A DNA stretch of 64,000 nucleotides, from assembly GCA_964470105.1 (NCBI GenBank), contig CAYXZI010000002.1, positions 8,644-72,643 of the forward strand. The letters are read 5' to 3'. The stretch comes from an uncultured Candidatus Saccharibacteria bacterium (GTDB taxonomy: Bacteria > Patescibacteriota > Minisyncoccia > Phycocordibacterales > PALSA-1337). This document shows, one piece after another, positions 55,672 to 64,000 of the stretch (positions are counted from its first letter, which is position 1; each line of letters starts with the position of its first letter). Position numbers and translations under genes: made by a program. The notes below the pieces were generated by a model. The model worked only from the letters and a program-made list of their open reading frames with translations, made no database searches and was not told the DNA's origin.

Positions 55672-56880
55672 ATGATAGATAATATATTCAACAAAATTAA
55701 GCAGATTTTACCCAACAGAGTTTTTAGAATATTTAACCCTGTATATCATTATGCTCTAGCAGTGTTTGGTGCAGTATTTTATAGATTCCCATCGAAGAGA
55801 ATTAAAGTAATTGCAGTTACAGGAACAAAAGGTAAAAGTACTACAACTGAGATTATAAACTCAATATTGGAAGAAGCTGGTTTTAAGACAGCGGTATCAA
55901 ATACAATCCGTTTTAAAGTTGGTGATGAATCTAGGCCTAATATGTATAAGATGTCTATGCCAGGTAGATGTTTCATTCATAAGTTAATTAGAGAGGCGGT
56001 CGATCATGATTGTGAATATATGGTATTGGAAATGACATCACAGGGTGTATTAAATTACAGACATAAATTTATCGACCTTGATGCATTAGTCTTTACAAAC
56101 CTATCTCCTGAACATATAGAATCTCATGGATCATATGAGAACTATCGAGATTCTAAGTTAGAGATAGCTAAACTACTTTCAAATTCAAATAAGAGACCAC
56201 GCATCATTGTTGTAAATGAGGATGATAAAGAAAGTGAGAAGTTCTTGGCTTTTGATATGGATGAAAAAGTGAAGTATGGAATGAGAAATGATATTAACAC
56301 TCCCCTTTTAGGAGATTTCAATAAGTATAATGTGTCTGGCTCATATGCTGTATGTAAAGCGTTGGGTATTGATGAAAAAATAATTAAACATGCTATTTCT
56401 AATTTTAAAGATGTACCAGGACGTGTTCAGTTTGTAAATGAAGGACAGGATTTTAATGTGGTTGTAGATTATGCTCATACATCAGATTCTTTGGAGAAGT
56501 TCTATGGTGTATTTAAAAATTCTAGAAATATCTGCATATTAGGAGGTACTGGTGGTGGTAGAGATACAGGTAAAAGACGAGAGATGGGTATGATTGCCGA
56601 TAGATATTGTAGTGAAATCATTTTAACCAATGAAGATCCATATGATGAGGATCCTGATCAGATAGTTAATCATGTTGCTCAAGGGATACAAAAAAAGAAA
56701 CCAAGGATAATAATGGATCGAAGAGAAGCTATTCGTGAAGCCATAAAAATTGCAAAAACTGGAGATAATGTACTTATAACTGGAAAAGGTACTGATCCAT
56801 ACATCATGGGACCAAATGGCTCTAAGATTCCATGGAGTGATTCGAGAATTGCTAGTGAAGAATTAAGGACTCTTAAATAA
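55672..56880 (+). CDS. murE: Mur-ligase-family protein, MurE-like, lacking the usual N-terminal domain
   Basis: P-loop AVTGTKGKSTT and the DYAHTSDSL motif (MurE-type DYAHxPD). 402 aa. Confidence 0.75.
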   Translation: MIDNIFNKIKQILPNRVFRIFNPVYHYALAVFGAVFYRFPSKRIKVIAVTGTKGKSTTTEIINSILEEAGFKTAVSNTIRFKVGDESRPNMYKMSMPGRCFIHKLIREAVDHDCEYMVLEMTSQGVLNYRHKFIDLDALVFTNLSPEHIESHGSYENYRDSKLEIAKLLSNSNKRPRIIVVNEDDKESEKFLAFDMDEKVKYGMRNDINTPLLGDFNKYNVSGSYAVCKALGIDEKIIKHAISNFKDVPGRVQFVNEGQDFNVVVDYAHTSDSLEKFYGVFKNSRNICILGGTGGGRDTGKRREMGMIADRYCSEIILTNEDPYDEDPDQIVNHVAQGIQKKKPRIIMDRREAIREAIKIAKTGDNVLITGKGTDPYIMGPNGSKIPWSDSRIASEELRTLK

Positions 56881-58197
56881 CTATCTTATCTGTACTGAAT
56901 ATAGATCATTTAGTATCTTTTTGGTTTCCTCACCTATCTTATTTGTTTCGTTCTTAATTCCATATTTATCTTGAAAAGTATTTAATGCTGCTTGTGTACA
57001 TGGACCAAATCTTCCTGTTCTAGGACAATCATTTTTATTCCTATCCCTTGGCGGATATACTCCCTCAAGCATAAGTGCACTCTGCAAAGCCAATACTTCA
57101 CCTTTATCCATATTTTCTTTTGAAGATATATCCTTCCAAGCATGAGGAAGCATTAGTGTGTCATATGCCAAAGAAACATCATTACCACTACCAAAGAAAT
57201 CTTGTATACCGATATATGTTTGAAAAGCTAAATCCTTTAATGTTGATTCTTTAACTTCAGGATCTTGGAATTGAGGTTCGTATATATAGCCGTATTCAAT
57301 GAGCATACTTGGCACATCCAAAGTATTATATGAGCCTATAGCAATTAAATCCTGCTCCTCAACTACACCATTGTCTTCTTTTGGTAAATTACTTACTGCA
57401 TTGTACTTTGAAAGTCTTTTAAAGATTGAGTTAGCTATAACTCTAGTGGTACTACTATTTGAATACTGCTCCTCAGGAACATATATTGCAAACCCTGAAT
57501 ATTGACCAGGTGTGTTTTGATTTCTTCTTATATAGTCATTGAAATGTATATGTATAGCTATATCTACCTTATTCTCATTATTCCACTTATTAATACCAAA
57601 CAACCTTAGAGCTACATCCTTAGGTGCATTTGAATGTGGCACACCATCAACCACCTTATGAACAAGTCCGTTGTTAATTAAACGAATCATTTGCTCCTTA
57701 TTATCATTTACAAAAGCTTTAATCTCCTCTGCCCTTTCATCAAAATACATTTTAATGTCAGGATTCCATCCTTGTTCAGTTCTAGACATAACAACCTCAT
57801 AATGTGAATTGTTTTCCAAGAATCCTTTTAGATTATTAGCTAATTCGAGCGCAATATCTCTTTCGAGTACTCCACCATACGAAGCTCCTCCAAAGTTTGG
57901 CTCATGTCCAGCAACTATCATCACCCTTATTTTTGGTTGATTCCTCTTGGAGACTAGATCATATTTCTTTTGTAGTTGTTTTGCTGTTATCCCTTGCTGA
58001 AAAAATACTGCTGTATAGTTATTACCGACATATGAAAAAATATTATCAACAAAGCGTGTACTAGCTGGATATCTTGATATTAACCAAGGTGTCCCAAATA
58101 TTGTTAGAGCAAAAAATGCGATTATAAAATACTTATAGTGTTTCATTTTGTAAAAGTATGATATAAGAATTGTATGCCAGAATTGCCAGAAGTACAA
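56881..58197 (-). CDS. N-acetylmuramoyl-L-alanine amidase (Amidase_3) with a C-terminal PG_binding_1 domain
   Basis: A signal-anchor, MIVAGHEPNFGGASYGGVLERDIALELA, and a C-terminal LQSALMLEGVYPP...TQAALNTFQDKYGI. Confidence 0.8.
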   Translation of the reverse strand: MYFWQFWHTILISYFYKMKHYKYFIIAFFALTIFGTPWLISRYPASTRFVDNIFSYVGNNYTAVFFQQGITAKQLQKKYDLVSKRNQPKIRVMIVAGHEPNFGGASYGGVLERDIALELANNLKGFLENNSHYEVVMSRTEQGWNPDIKMYFDERAEEIKAFVNDNKEQMIRLINNGLVHKVVDGVPHSNAPKDVALRLFGINKWNNENKVDIAIHIHFNDYIRRNQNTPGQYSGFAIYVPEEQYSNSSTTRVIANSIFKRLSKYNAVSNLPKEDNGVVEEQDLIAIGSYNTLDVPSMLIEYGYIYEPQFQDPEVKESTLKDLAFQTYIGIQDFFGSGNDVSLAYDTLMLPHAWKDISSKENMDKGEVLALQSALMLEGVYPPRDRNKNDCPRTGRFGPCTQAALNTFQDKYGIKNETNKIGEETKKILNDLYSVQIR

Positions 58198-59043
58198 ACC
58201 ACAGTTTCCGGATTAAACCGATCCGTAAGTGGATTACGTATAGATGATGTGTGGACTGAATACAATAGTCCATATTTTCATGGTGGTGATACCATCAAGG
58301 ACCCAGAGTATTTTAAATATTTTAAGAAGAATGTTACAGGAGCAAAAATCAAGAATGTGACTAGACGAGCCAAAAATATACTCATCCATCTTTCGAATGA
58401 TTTTACTATCCTCATTCATATGAAAATGACAGGTCATGTGATGTATGGGAATTATAACCGTAAGGATCCTTTCAACAGATTTATTAGACTCATCTTCTAT
58501 CTATCAAATGGGAAAACAATGGAATTGTGTGATACAAGGAAGTTCGCAAAGGTTACCCTGCTCCCAAGCAAGACTATGCATGAGACGGTTCACTTGAAAG
58601 GTATCGGCCCAGAGCCATTGGAAAAAGAATTTACTTTTAAAGTTTTCAAGAAACAATTGAATATTAGACCTCAATACAAAATTAAATTAGCACTACTAGA
58701 TCAGACTCTAATAGCTGGTATTGGGAATATATACTCTGATGAAAGCCTTTGGCGTGCAGGTGTACATCCAGAGACTTTAGTAAAAAGAGTTAGTGATTTG
58801 AAACTTAAAGAGCTTTACAAGGCTATCCGTACTACCCTATCCATGGGTATAGATTTTGGTGGTGATTCGATGTCGGATTATAGGAATATAGATGGTGAGA
58901 GAGGAAAGTTTCAAGAAAAGCATATGGCATATAAACGTAAGGGAGAGAAATGTTTAAAGAAAGGATGTAAAGGAAAGATAGTGAGAATAGTTGTGGGAGG
59001 TAGAGGCACACATTATTGTGATATGCATCAGATCAAAGCATAG
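58174..59043 (+). CDS. mutM: Formamidopyrimidine-DNA glycosylase
   Basis: MPELPEVQTT, H2TH, and a C-terminal zinc finger CLKKGC...YCDMHQ. Confidence 0.9.
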   Translation: MPELPEVQTTVSGLNRSVSGLRIDDVWTEYNSPYFHGGDTIKDPEYFKYFKKNVTGAKIKNVTRRAKNILIHLSNDFTILIHMKMTGHVMYGNYNRKDPFNRFIRLIFYLSNGKTMELCDTRKFAKVTLLPSKTMHETVHLKGIGPEPLEKEFTFKVFKKQLNIRPQYKIKLALLDQTLIAGIGNIYSDESLWRAGVHPETLVKRVSDLKLKELYKAIRTTLSMGIDFGGDSMSDYRNIDGERGKFQEKHMAYKRKGEKCLKKGCKGKIVRIVVGGRGTHYCDMHQIKA

Positions 59044-59495
59044 AGCACAATCCCAGTCGCCACAGAAACATTGAGTGACTCCTTTTTGCCTAGCATTGGT
59101 ATTTCTAGTATATGATCACAGAGATCAAGAGTTTCTCTATCTATACCATCAACCTCATTACCCATGATTACAAGTACATTGCCTTTTACTTTTGATTTTC
59201 TAAAATCGATTGATCTTTTGTCTTGTTCTACCCCGACTATACCAAACTTTTCTTTCTTAAGACTTTTTATTAACTTCTTAACATCACTAATATTCTCCCA
59301 TTCAACTGTCTTCTCTGCTCCTAGCGAAGCTTTGGATATATCACTTCTAGTACGTCCAAACCTATCTATCGGTGCTGGAGTATATCCTGATATGTATATT
59401 TTCTTTACACCCACCGCATCTGCTGTGCGGAAAATGGCCCCAACGTTATGGGTGCTTCTTATATTATGGAGTAGCAGATGGATTTGTGATACCAT
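59028..59495 (-). CDS. SpoU/TrmH-family RNA 2'-O-methyltransferase (TrmL-sized)
   Basis: HNVGAIFRTADAVG...MGNEVDGI...SLNVSVATGIVLY. Confidence 0.8.
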   Translation of the reverse strand: MVSQIHLLLHNIRSTHNVGAIFRTADAVGVKKIYISGYTPAPIDRFGRTRSDISKASLGAEKTVEWENISDVKKLIKSLKKEKFGIVGVEQDKRSIDFRKSKVKGNVLVIMGNEVDGIDRETLDLCDHILEIPMLGKKESLNVSVATGIVLYALI

Positions 59496-59530
59496 ATCAA
59501 TACTCTATATTAAATTAATCAAATATCAAC

Positions 59531-59875
59531 ATGTTTTCAATTTTTCCACCATTATTGTCTTTCTCAAGCCTAGCTCCCCTTCTACTTAGAATCACCCTAG
59601 GTTTGGTTTTTATATTTTGGTCGATAAATAAGTTTAAAAATGAGAAAGTGGTATCTATACTAGAAGGTATTATAGGTGCTACTCTTTTTATTGGTTTTGC
59701 CACACAATTGGTTGCTTTAATTGCTGCAATTATATTAGGTTACAAGTTGGTAAGGAAAATATTAGCAAAATCTTTCTTTACTGATGGAGTTAATTACTAT
59801 TTCATTCTCTTTATTATCTCTGTTAGTCTAATTGTGACGGGTGCAGGATTTATTGCCTTCGACCTTCCACTTTAA
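59531..59875 (+). CDS. Small DoxX-like membrane protein
   Basis: 3 predicted transmembrane helices, including LLLRITLGLVFIFWSINKF. Confidence 0.4.
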   Translation: MFSIFPPLLSFSSLAPLLLRITLGLVFIFWSINKFKNEKVVSILEGIIGATLFIGFATQLVALIAAIILGYKLVRKILAKSFFTDGVNYYFILFIISVSLIVTGAGFIAFDLPL

Positions 59876-59901
59876 GTAAAATATGTTATAGTTTCCGAAA
59901 T

Positions 59902-59974
59902 GCGCCTATAGCTCAGTCGGTAGAGCATCTCCCTTTTAAGGAGTGGGTCGTTGGTTCGATTCCAACTAGGCGCA
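59902..59974 (+). tRNA. tRNA-Lys (anticodon UUU)
   Basis: Acceptor GCGCCUA/UAGGCGC. Anticodon loop CUUUUAA. T-arm GUUGG-UUCGAUU-CCAAC. Confidence 0.88.
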
Positions 59975-59982
59975 CAGTTAAA

Positions 59983-60897
59983 CTAGATCTTATTTAGCCA
60001 CCCGTCAGTTATTTTTACTTCCCCCAACCTTACCTTTGCATATATATCTGCTATCTCTTTTGTCATAGCATTCTTTGATATCTTCTTTCCATCTACACTT
60101 CTTACAGAAATTATATTTGCTGAACTTCCAGAAAGGAATATTTCATCTGCATTGTATAGCTCATCTTTAGTGACTTTCTTTTCTATACACTCTATACCCT
60201 TCATCCTTGATATTTCCTTTACTGTGTCACGAGTAATCCCTTCCAAGATATCACTGTCAGTATCTGGTGTATATATTTTCCCATCTTTTACAAGAAATAT
60301 GTTTGCAACTGTCGCTTCAGATACATATCCCTTACTATTTATCGCTATAGCTTCGTCAAAACCATTCATTAAAGCTTCATTCTTCATTAGACAAGCATTT
60401 GCATAGCTACCATTAACCTTGGCTCTAGGAGGTATCATATTATCTGCCACACGTATCCAACTTGATATACATGTATCTATCTCTTCTTTTCCGTAGAAAG
60501 ATTTCATAGGAAGAATATATGCTGACATCCCTGTCTTCAATCCATTTATCTTTGTTCCAGAAGCATTCGCATCGATAAAGTATGCGACTCTGACAAGTGC
60601 ATTTTCTTTAACATTATTTCTCTTTAAAAGTTCTTTCATCGTATCTTCGAACTTTTCAAAAGAAATGAACTTAGTAAATGGAAACATTCCCATTATTTCA
60701 CTCGATCTACATAGTCTTTTATAGTGATCCTTTAATCTGAAGGAATACAGTGAATCATCTTTGTATATAACATTAAAGACAGTATATACGCTCATTCCAT
60801 ACAATACGGATGAACTTGCAATGCTGAGATTTGCTTCTTTAAATGGGACGTAATTACCACGTAGATATGAGATTGTATTTTCGAGTTCAATGGACAT
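59983..60897 (-). CDS. Class IV PLP aminotransferase (branched-chain or D-amino-acid aminotransferase)
   Basis: Fold-type IV blocks including EAIAINSKGYVSEATVANIFLVKDGKIYTP. Confidence 0.8.
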   Translation of the reverse strand: MSIELENTISYLRGNYVPFKEANLSIASSSVLYGMSVYTVFNVIYKDDSLYSFRLKDHYKRLCRSSEIMGMFPFTKFISFEKFEDTMKELLKRNNVKENALVRVAYFIDANASGTKINGLKTGMSAYILPMKSFYGKEEIDTCISSWIRVADNMIPPRAKVNGSYANACLMKNEALMNGFDEAIAINSKGYVSEATVANIFLVKDGKIYTPDTDSDILEGITRDTVKEISRMKGIECIEKKVTKDELYNADEIFLSGSSANIISVRSVDGKKISKNAMTKEIADIYAKVRLGEVKITDGWLNKI

Positions 60898-60990
60898 GGA
60901 ACTAGTTTAACAAAGAATATCTTACTGTCCAAATATATTCATATCTGATAGACTAATTTTGTTATATATTAATAAATTAAAACTAATTTT

Positions 60991-61854
60991 ATGGAAAAAT
61001 ATGCTGGGTTTTGGATTAGGTTTGTGGCAGCAATAATTGACGGTATCGTTGTAGCTATTCCAGAATGGATATTGATGTTTATATTGAGCATTATTTTAAC
61101 GATCATTAAAACACCAAGTACAGTGACAATGGTAATAGTTAACTTAATATCAATTGTAGCAACCTTTGCATATTACATATTAATGACACACTACAAAGGA
61201 GCGACTCTTGGAAAAATGTTGGTTGGGATTAGGGTTAAATCAGCCAATGAAATTCCTCTGACTATCGGTAGGGTGGCACTTAGAGAGACAATTGGAAAAA
61301 TAATATCTTCTATCATATTTGGTATTGGATATTTAATGGCTGCTTTTACTGGAAGGAAGCAAGGTCTTCACGATGTGATCGCAAAAACAGTGGTTGTATA
61401 CAATGATCCTAGTAAACCTATGGGTGCTGGAGCAATTATAGCTATAGTTATTACTTGTATCGTACCTGCACTAGCTATTATGGGCGTGCTCGCTTCTGTT
61501 GTTCTTGTAAGTCTGAATACAGCGCGTACTAAGGCAGATGATGCAAAAACTATGTCCTTAATACATGGAGTAATTCCTTTCTTGGAAATGCACCTAGAGA
61601 AAAATGGTTCTTACGCAAAAGCTCAAAACTGTAATTCTGGTGTATTTCTAGATCAAAATATACAGCAGATTTTTTCTTCAATGAAAAACAAGAATGTAAC
61701 TTGTGTTGCTGAAAATAATAGTTATGCCATTTCAGCAAAACTAAATAATAATCGAAATTATTGTTTATCTCGCGATACGGATAGTGATATGGCAGAAGCT
61801 GTAATCGAAAATGGAATGGCTTTATGTAAAAGTATACCGTCTAGTTCTTTCTAA
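60991..61854 (+). CDS. RDD-family membrane domain fused to a pilin-like Cys-rich C-terminal domain
   Basis: The N-terminus FWIRFVAAIIDGIVV matches RDD. After a hydrophobic helix, VVLVSLNTARTKADDAK is followed by 4 Cys, which is pilin/pseudopilin-like. Confidence 0.45.
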   Translation: MEKYAGFWIRFVAAIIDGIVVAIPEWILMFILSIILTIIKTPSTVTMVIVNLISIVATFAYYILMTHYKGATLGKMLVGIRVKSANEIPLTIGRVALRETIGKIISSIIFGIGYLMAAFTGRKQGLHDVIAKTVVVYNDPSKPMGAGAIIAIVITCIVPALAIMGVLASVVLVSLNTARTKADDAKTMSLIHGVIPFLEMHLEKNGSYAKAQNCNSGVFLDQNIQQIFSSMKNKNVTCVAENNSYAISAKLNNNRNYCLSRDTDSDMAEAVIENGMALCKSIPSSSF

Positions 61855-61859
61855 TTTAC

Positions 61860-62108
61860 TTGCATAATATCAATCATATGAAAATAATAGAATTAATCAT
61901 ACCAATAATAATATCTCTTTTAGTCATACTGGAGATAGTTGGATTACCATTATCCATTGTCTTAGCAATTATTGCGGCAAATAAACAGGATTCTTTGGAG
62001 AAAAAGAAGCTTAATAGGATAGCACTTTGGAGTCTTTTTGGACCACCACTATTGATGATCATAACATTAACTATTTGGGCTCTGATAAAACTCACCACCC
62101 AAATTTAA
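61860..62108 (+). CDS. Small hypothetical membrane protein
   Basis: 82 aa with 2 predicted transmembrane helices. Confidence 0.3.
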   Translation: MHNINHMKIIELIIPIIISLLVILEIVGLPLSIVLAIIAANKQDSLEKKKLNRIALWSLFGPPLLMIITLTIWALIKLTTQI

Positions 62109-62112
62109 CTTT

Positions 62113-62769
62113 TTAAATTTCCAATAGACACGCCTCCAGTCCAGTCTCCAGTTCATGTTTCCCTCTTCTTGAATCGTGATATAGAACTACTAAATCATCT
62201 AGCATTTTCATTAATTCCTCTCTCTTCCAATTACCTAAAAATCCTGAAAGGATAATTGTTTTTATCTTCCAAAATATCATTCCGTGTAATGCTTCAGGTG
62301 CTTCACCTACATCAATAGCTTTTCTGTATAGCATCCATGCCTCCTTCTTATTCCTCTTCCCTACAGCGTCTGCTAGAGCGAAAGCATTGTATACAGGTTT
62401 CTCTTCTACTTCATCCAGGGTGAAGTTTATAAACTTCTCAGATTTCTTTTCGATCTTACCAGAGGTAGCTTTGTCGAGTTTACCTTCAAGGATAATAAAT
62501 ATATTTTCTGATTCTGAGATATCTTTTAGTAGATCAACAAACTCTTCTTTTGTCTCTTTTTTCTCTGATAGTCGATCTAAAAAAACTATATATTTTGACG
62601 CAAATAGTCCTTGGCTACCTGTATACTCTTGAATCTTAGCTGTATCAAATGTCTCAGAATCAATTTTAAAGAATGCAGCGTCAGGCTTTTTCTTAAGCAG
62701 AGAGTCTATGAGCTCATGAGCCTTTGTTCTAGCTTTGTCTATGTCGGTGCCGTGGTAAAAATAGATCAT
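62113..62769 (-). CDS. holA: DNA polymerase III delta-subunit-like (HolA-like), short
   Basis: The C-terminal pattern NAFALADAVGKRNKKEAWMLYRKAIDVGEAPEALHGMIFWKIKTI resembles delta domain III. Confidence 0.5.
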   Translation of the reverse strand: MIYFYHGTDIDKARTKAHELIDSLLKKKPDAAFFKIDSETFDTAKIQEYTGSQGLFASKYIVFLDRLSEKKETKEEFVDLLKDISESENIFIILEGKLDKATSGKIEKKSEKFINFTLDEVEEKPVYNAFALADAVGKRNKKEAWMLYRKAIDVGEAPEALHGMIFWKIKTIILSGFLGNWKREELMKMLDDLVVLYHDSRRGKHELETGLEACLLEI

Positions 62770-62796
62770 AGGTATAGTATATGGTAAATGAGCTCA

Positions 62797-62835
62797 TATA
62801 AAAAGACTCAGCCAGCACCTCGGTGCTGGCTGGTT
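62797..62835. terminator. Intrinsic terminator hairpin
   Basis: agccagcac-ctcg-gtgctggct, flanked by A-rich and T-rich stretches. Confidence 0.55.
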
Positions 62836-62842
62836 TGCGAGT

Positions 62843-63109
62843 CTACTCACCCTTCACCCGATGAAGGGTAATGGTGATGTTGGGTGTTGTTGTTTTCATC
62901 GCCTTTATTACCCTATATACAACTTCATTGTTGACGATCACTGCATCGCGAGAGTGCATGCACACCACCAGTGCAACAATACCGTAACCCTCTGGGACGT
63001 GCGGGAGGTTGTCTGGTAATCTAGATGCGCAAATTACATTGTCTGAATTGCAAACGCTTGGCTCAAGATGAGTTGCCATACCAAATGGTCTAACTCCAAT
63101 TTTCATCAT
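62843..63109 (-). CDS. Hypothetical 88-aa protein
   Basis: An ORF with moderately raised GC and no motif recognised. Confidence 0.3.
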   Translation of the reverse strand: MMKIGVRPFGMATHLEPSVCNSDNVICASRLPDNLPHVPEGYGIVALVVCMHSRDAVIVNNEVVYRVIKAMKTTTPNITITLHRVKGE

Positions 63110-63179
63110 AGTTGGATTTGATTATTTCGTGGAGCTTTTTAGCTTACAGAACTCTAACACCAGAATATACAAACATCAA

Positions 63180-64000
63180 CTATTTCAAATCCCCCCAACT
63201 TTTCCCTACAGCATAATTAGCAACCAATTTAATACCCTGTATATCTTTTGGATCTACTATTGTCTCCATTATCTTCTGTATTTCTTCTGCTATCGACTCT
63301 GCCTTTTCTGTTTTTATCTCATAAACCAATTCATCATGTACCTGTAGTATCAGATATGCGTCACTATCTAATCCCTTTGAAATCAAATAATCATCAACTC
63401 TCTTCATTGCTATCTTTACTATATCCGCATTAGTTCCCTGAATAGGTGCATTGATAGCCATTCTTTCTGCCATAGCTCTTATGAAAGGCAATTTCGAATC
63501 TATTCCCTCAAAATATCTTCGCCTTCCAAAGAAAGTTTCTGTATATCCTTTTCTCTTTGTCTCTGCTTTTACATTATCTAGGTATTGAGCTAAACCAGAG
63601 AACTTAGTGAAGTAGTCATTATAGAATTTCTGTGCTTCAGCTCGATCTGTTCCCTCTCCTAGATTCTGACGTAGTGCATTTACTCCCATTCCGTATAGTA
63701 TTCCAAAGTTAATAACCTTAGCTTTACGACGCATTTCTTTATCAACTTTTTCTAAAGGAACTTCGAAGACTTCTGAAGCAACAGCATTGTGTACATCAAC
63801 TCCATTCTTAAAGATCTCTATCAGTTTTTTATCACCTGATAGAAAAGCTGCGATACGTAATTCTACTTGAGAATAGTCGAGAGACACTATACTGAAACCT
63901 TTTTCAGCAATAAATGCTTTACGTATTGCTCTACCTAATTCAGTCTTAATTGGAATATTCTGTAATCCTGGACCCTTTGAAGCCATTCTTCCTGTAGTAG
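63180..64000 (-). CDS. polA: DNA polymerase I, C-terminal polymerase domain only; the gene continues beyond the window end
   Basis: RRKAKVINFGILYGMG (motif B) and LQVHDELVYE (motif C). Upstream of the Met in the ORF track, the reading frame stays open (TTGRMASKGPGLQNIP), so the listed Met is internal. Confidence 0.9.
   Translation of the reverse strand, partial: TTGRMASKGPGLQNIPIKTELGRAIRKAFIAEKGFSIVSLDYSQVELRIAAFLSGDKKLIEIFKNGVDVHNAVASEVFEVPLEKVDKEMRRKAKVINFGILYGMGVNALRQNLGEGTDRAEAQKFYNDYFTKFSGLAQYLDNVKAETKRKGYTETFFGRRRYFEGIDSKLPFIRAMAERMAINAPIQGTNADIVKIAMKRVDDYLISKGLDSDAYLILQVHDELVYEIKTEKAESIAEEIQKIMETIVDPKDIQGIKLVANYAVGKSWGDLK

Noticed and set aside
63129-63433. ORFs 63129..63347 and 63248..63433 (+)
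   Set aside because: Antisense shadows inside polA.
1-64000. CRISPR arrays, rRNA genes or prophage modules
   Set aside because: No regularly spaced direct repeats and no rRNA-like conserved stretches. No integrase, capsid or terminase motifs were seen. The only mobile-type elements are the isolated HNH and LAGLIDADG endonuclease genes and the compositional islands.

Overview
This is an AT-rich (about one third GC) bacterial chromosomal segment, densely packed with housekeeping genes on both strands. From the gene content it is probably a small-genome, Patescibacteria/CPR-like organism, but that is an inference.

Recognisable genes include ftsK, recA, efp, the rpsF-ssb-rpsR block, secE-nusG-rplK, rplS, rpsT, ruvA, ruvX, mutM and a partial polA. 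Four aminoacyl-tRNA synthetases are present (metG, glyQS, a type-2 ileS, argS). A folate and deoxynucleotide neighbourhood holds glyA, folD, thyA, dut, a dCMP deaminase, a DHFR-family gene, Nudix, HIT and HD genes. Cell-envelope genes include a VKOR/DsbA pair, DedA, an Amidase_3 amidase, a MurE-like ligase, an undecaprenyl-diphosphatase (UppP)-M23 peptidase fusion and pilMNO. I built seven tRNAs by hand from the sequence: His, Leu, Val, Arg(UCU), Ser, Arg(GCG) and Lys.

The most unusual things are:
- a histidine-phosphatase (PGM-family) domain of about 190 aa inserted inside the catalytic core of isoleucyl-tRNA synthetase;
- a UppP::M23-peptidase fusion protein;
- several GC-rich (45-55%) gene islands, one abutting the 3' end of tRNA-His;
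- a GC-rich, hairpin-dense intergenic locus between argS and glyA that ends in a strong intrinsic terminator, a candidate ncRNA I could not assign to any known family;
- free-standing LAGLIDADG and HNH endonuclease genes abutting tRNA genes;
- an orphan MazF/PemK toxin with no visible antitoxin.

No CRISPR array, rRNA or obvious prophage was seen. All calls rest on reading the sequence and the supplied ORF track, with no database searches.
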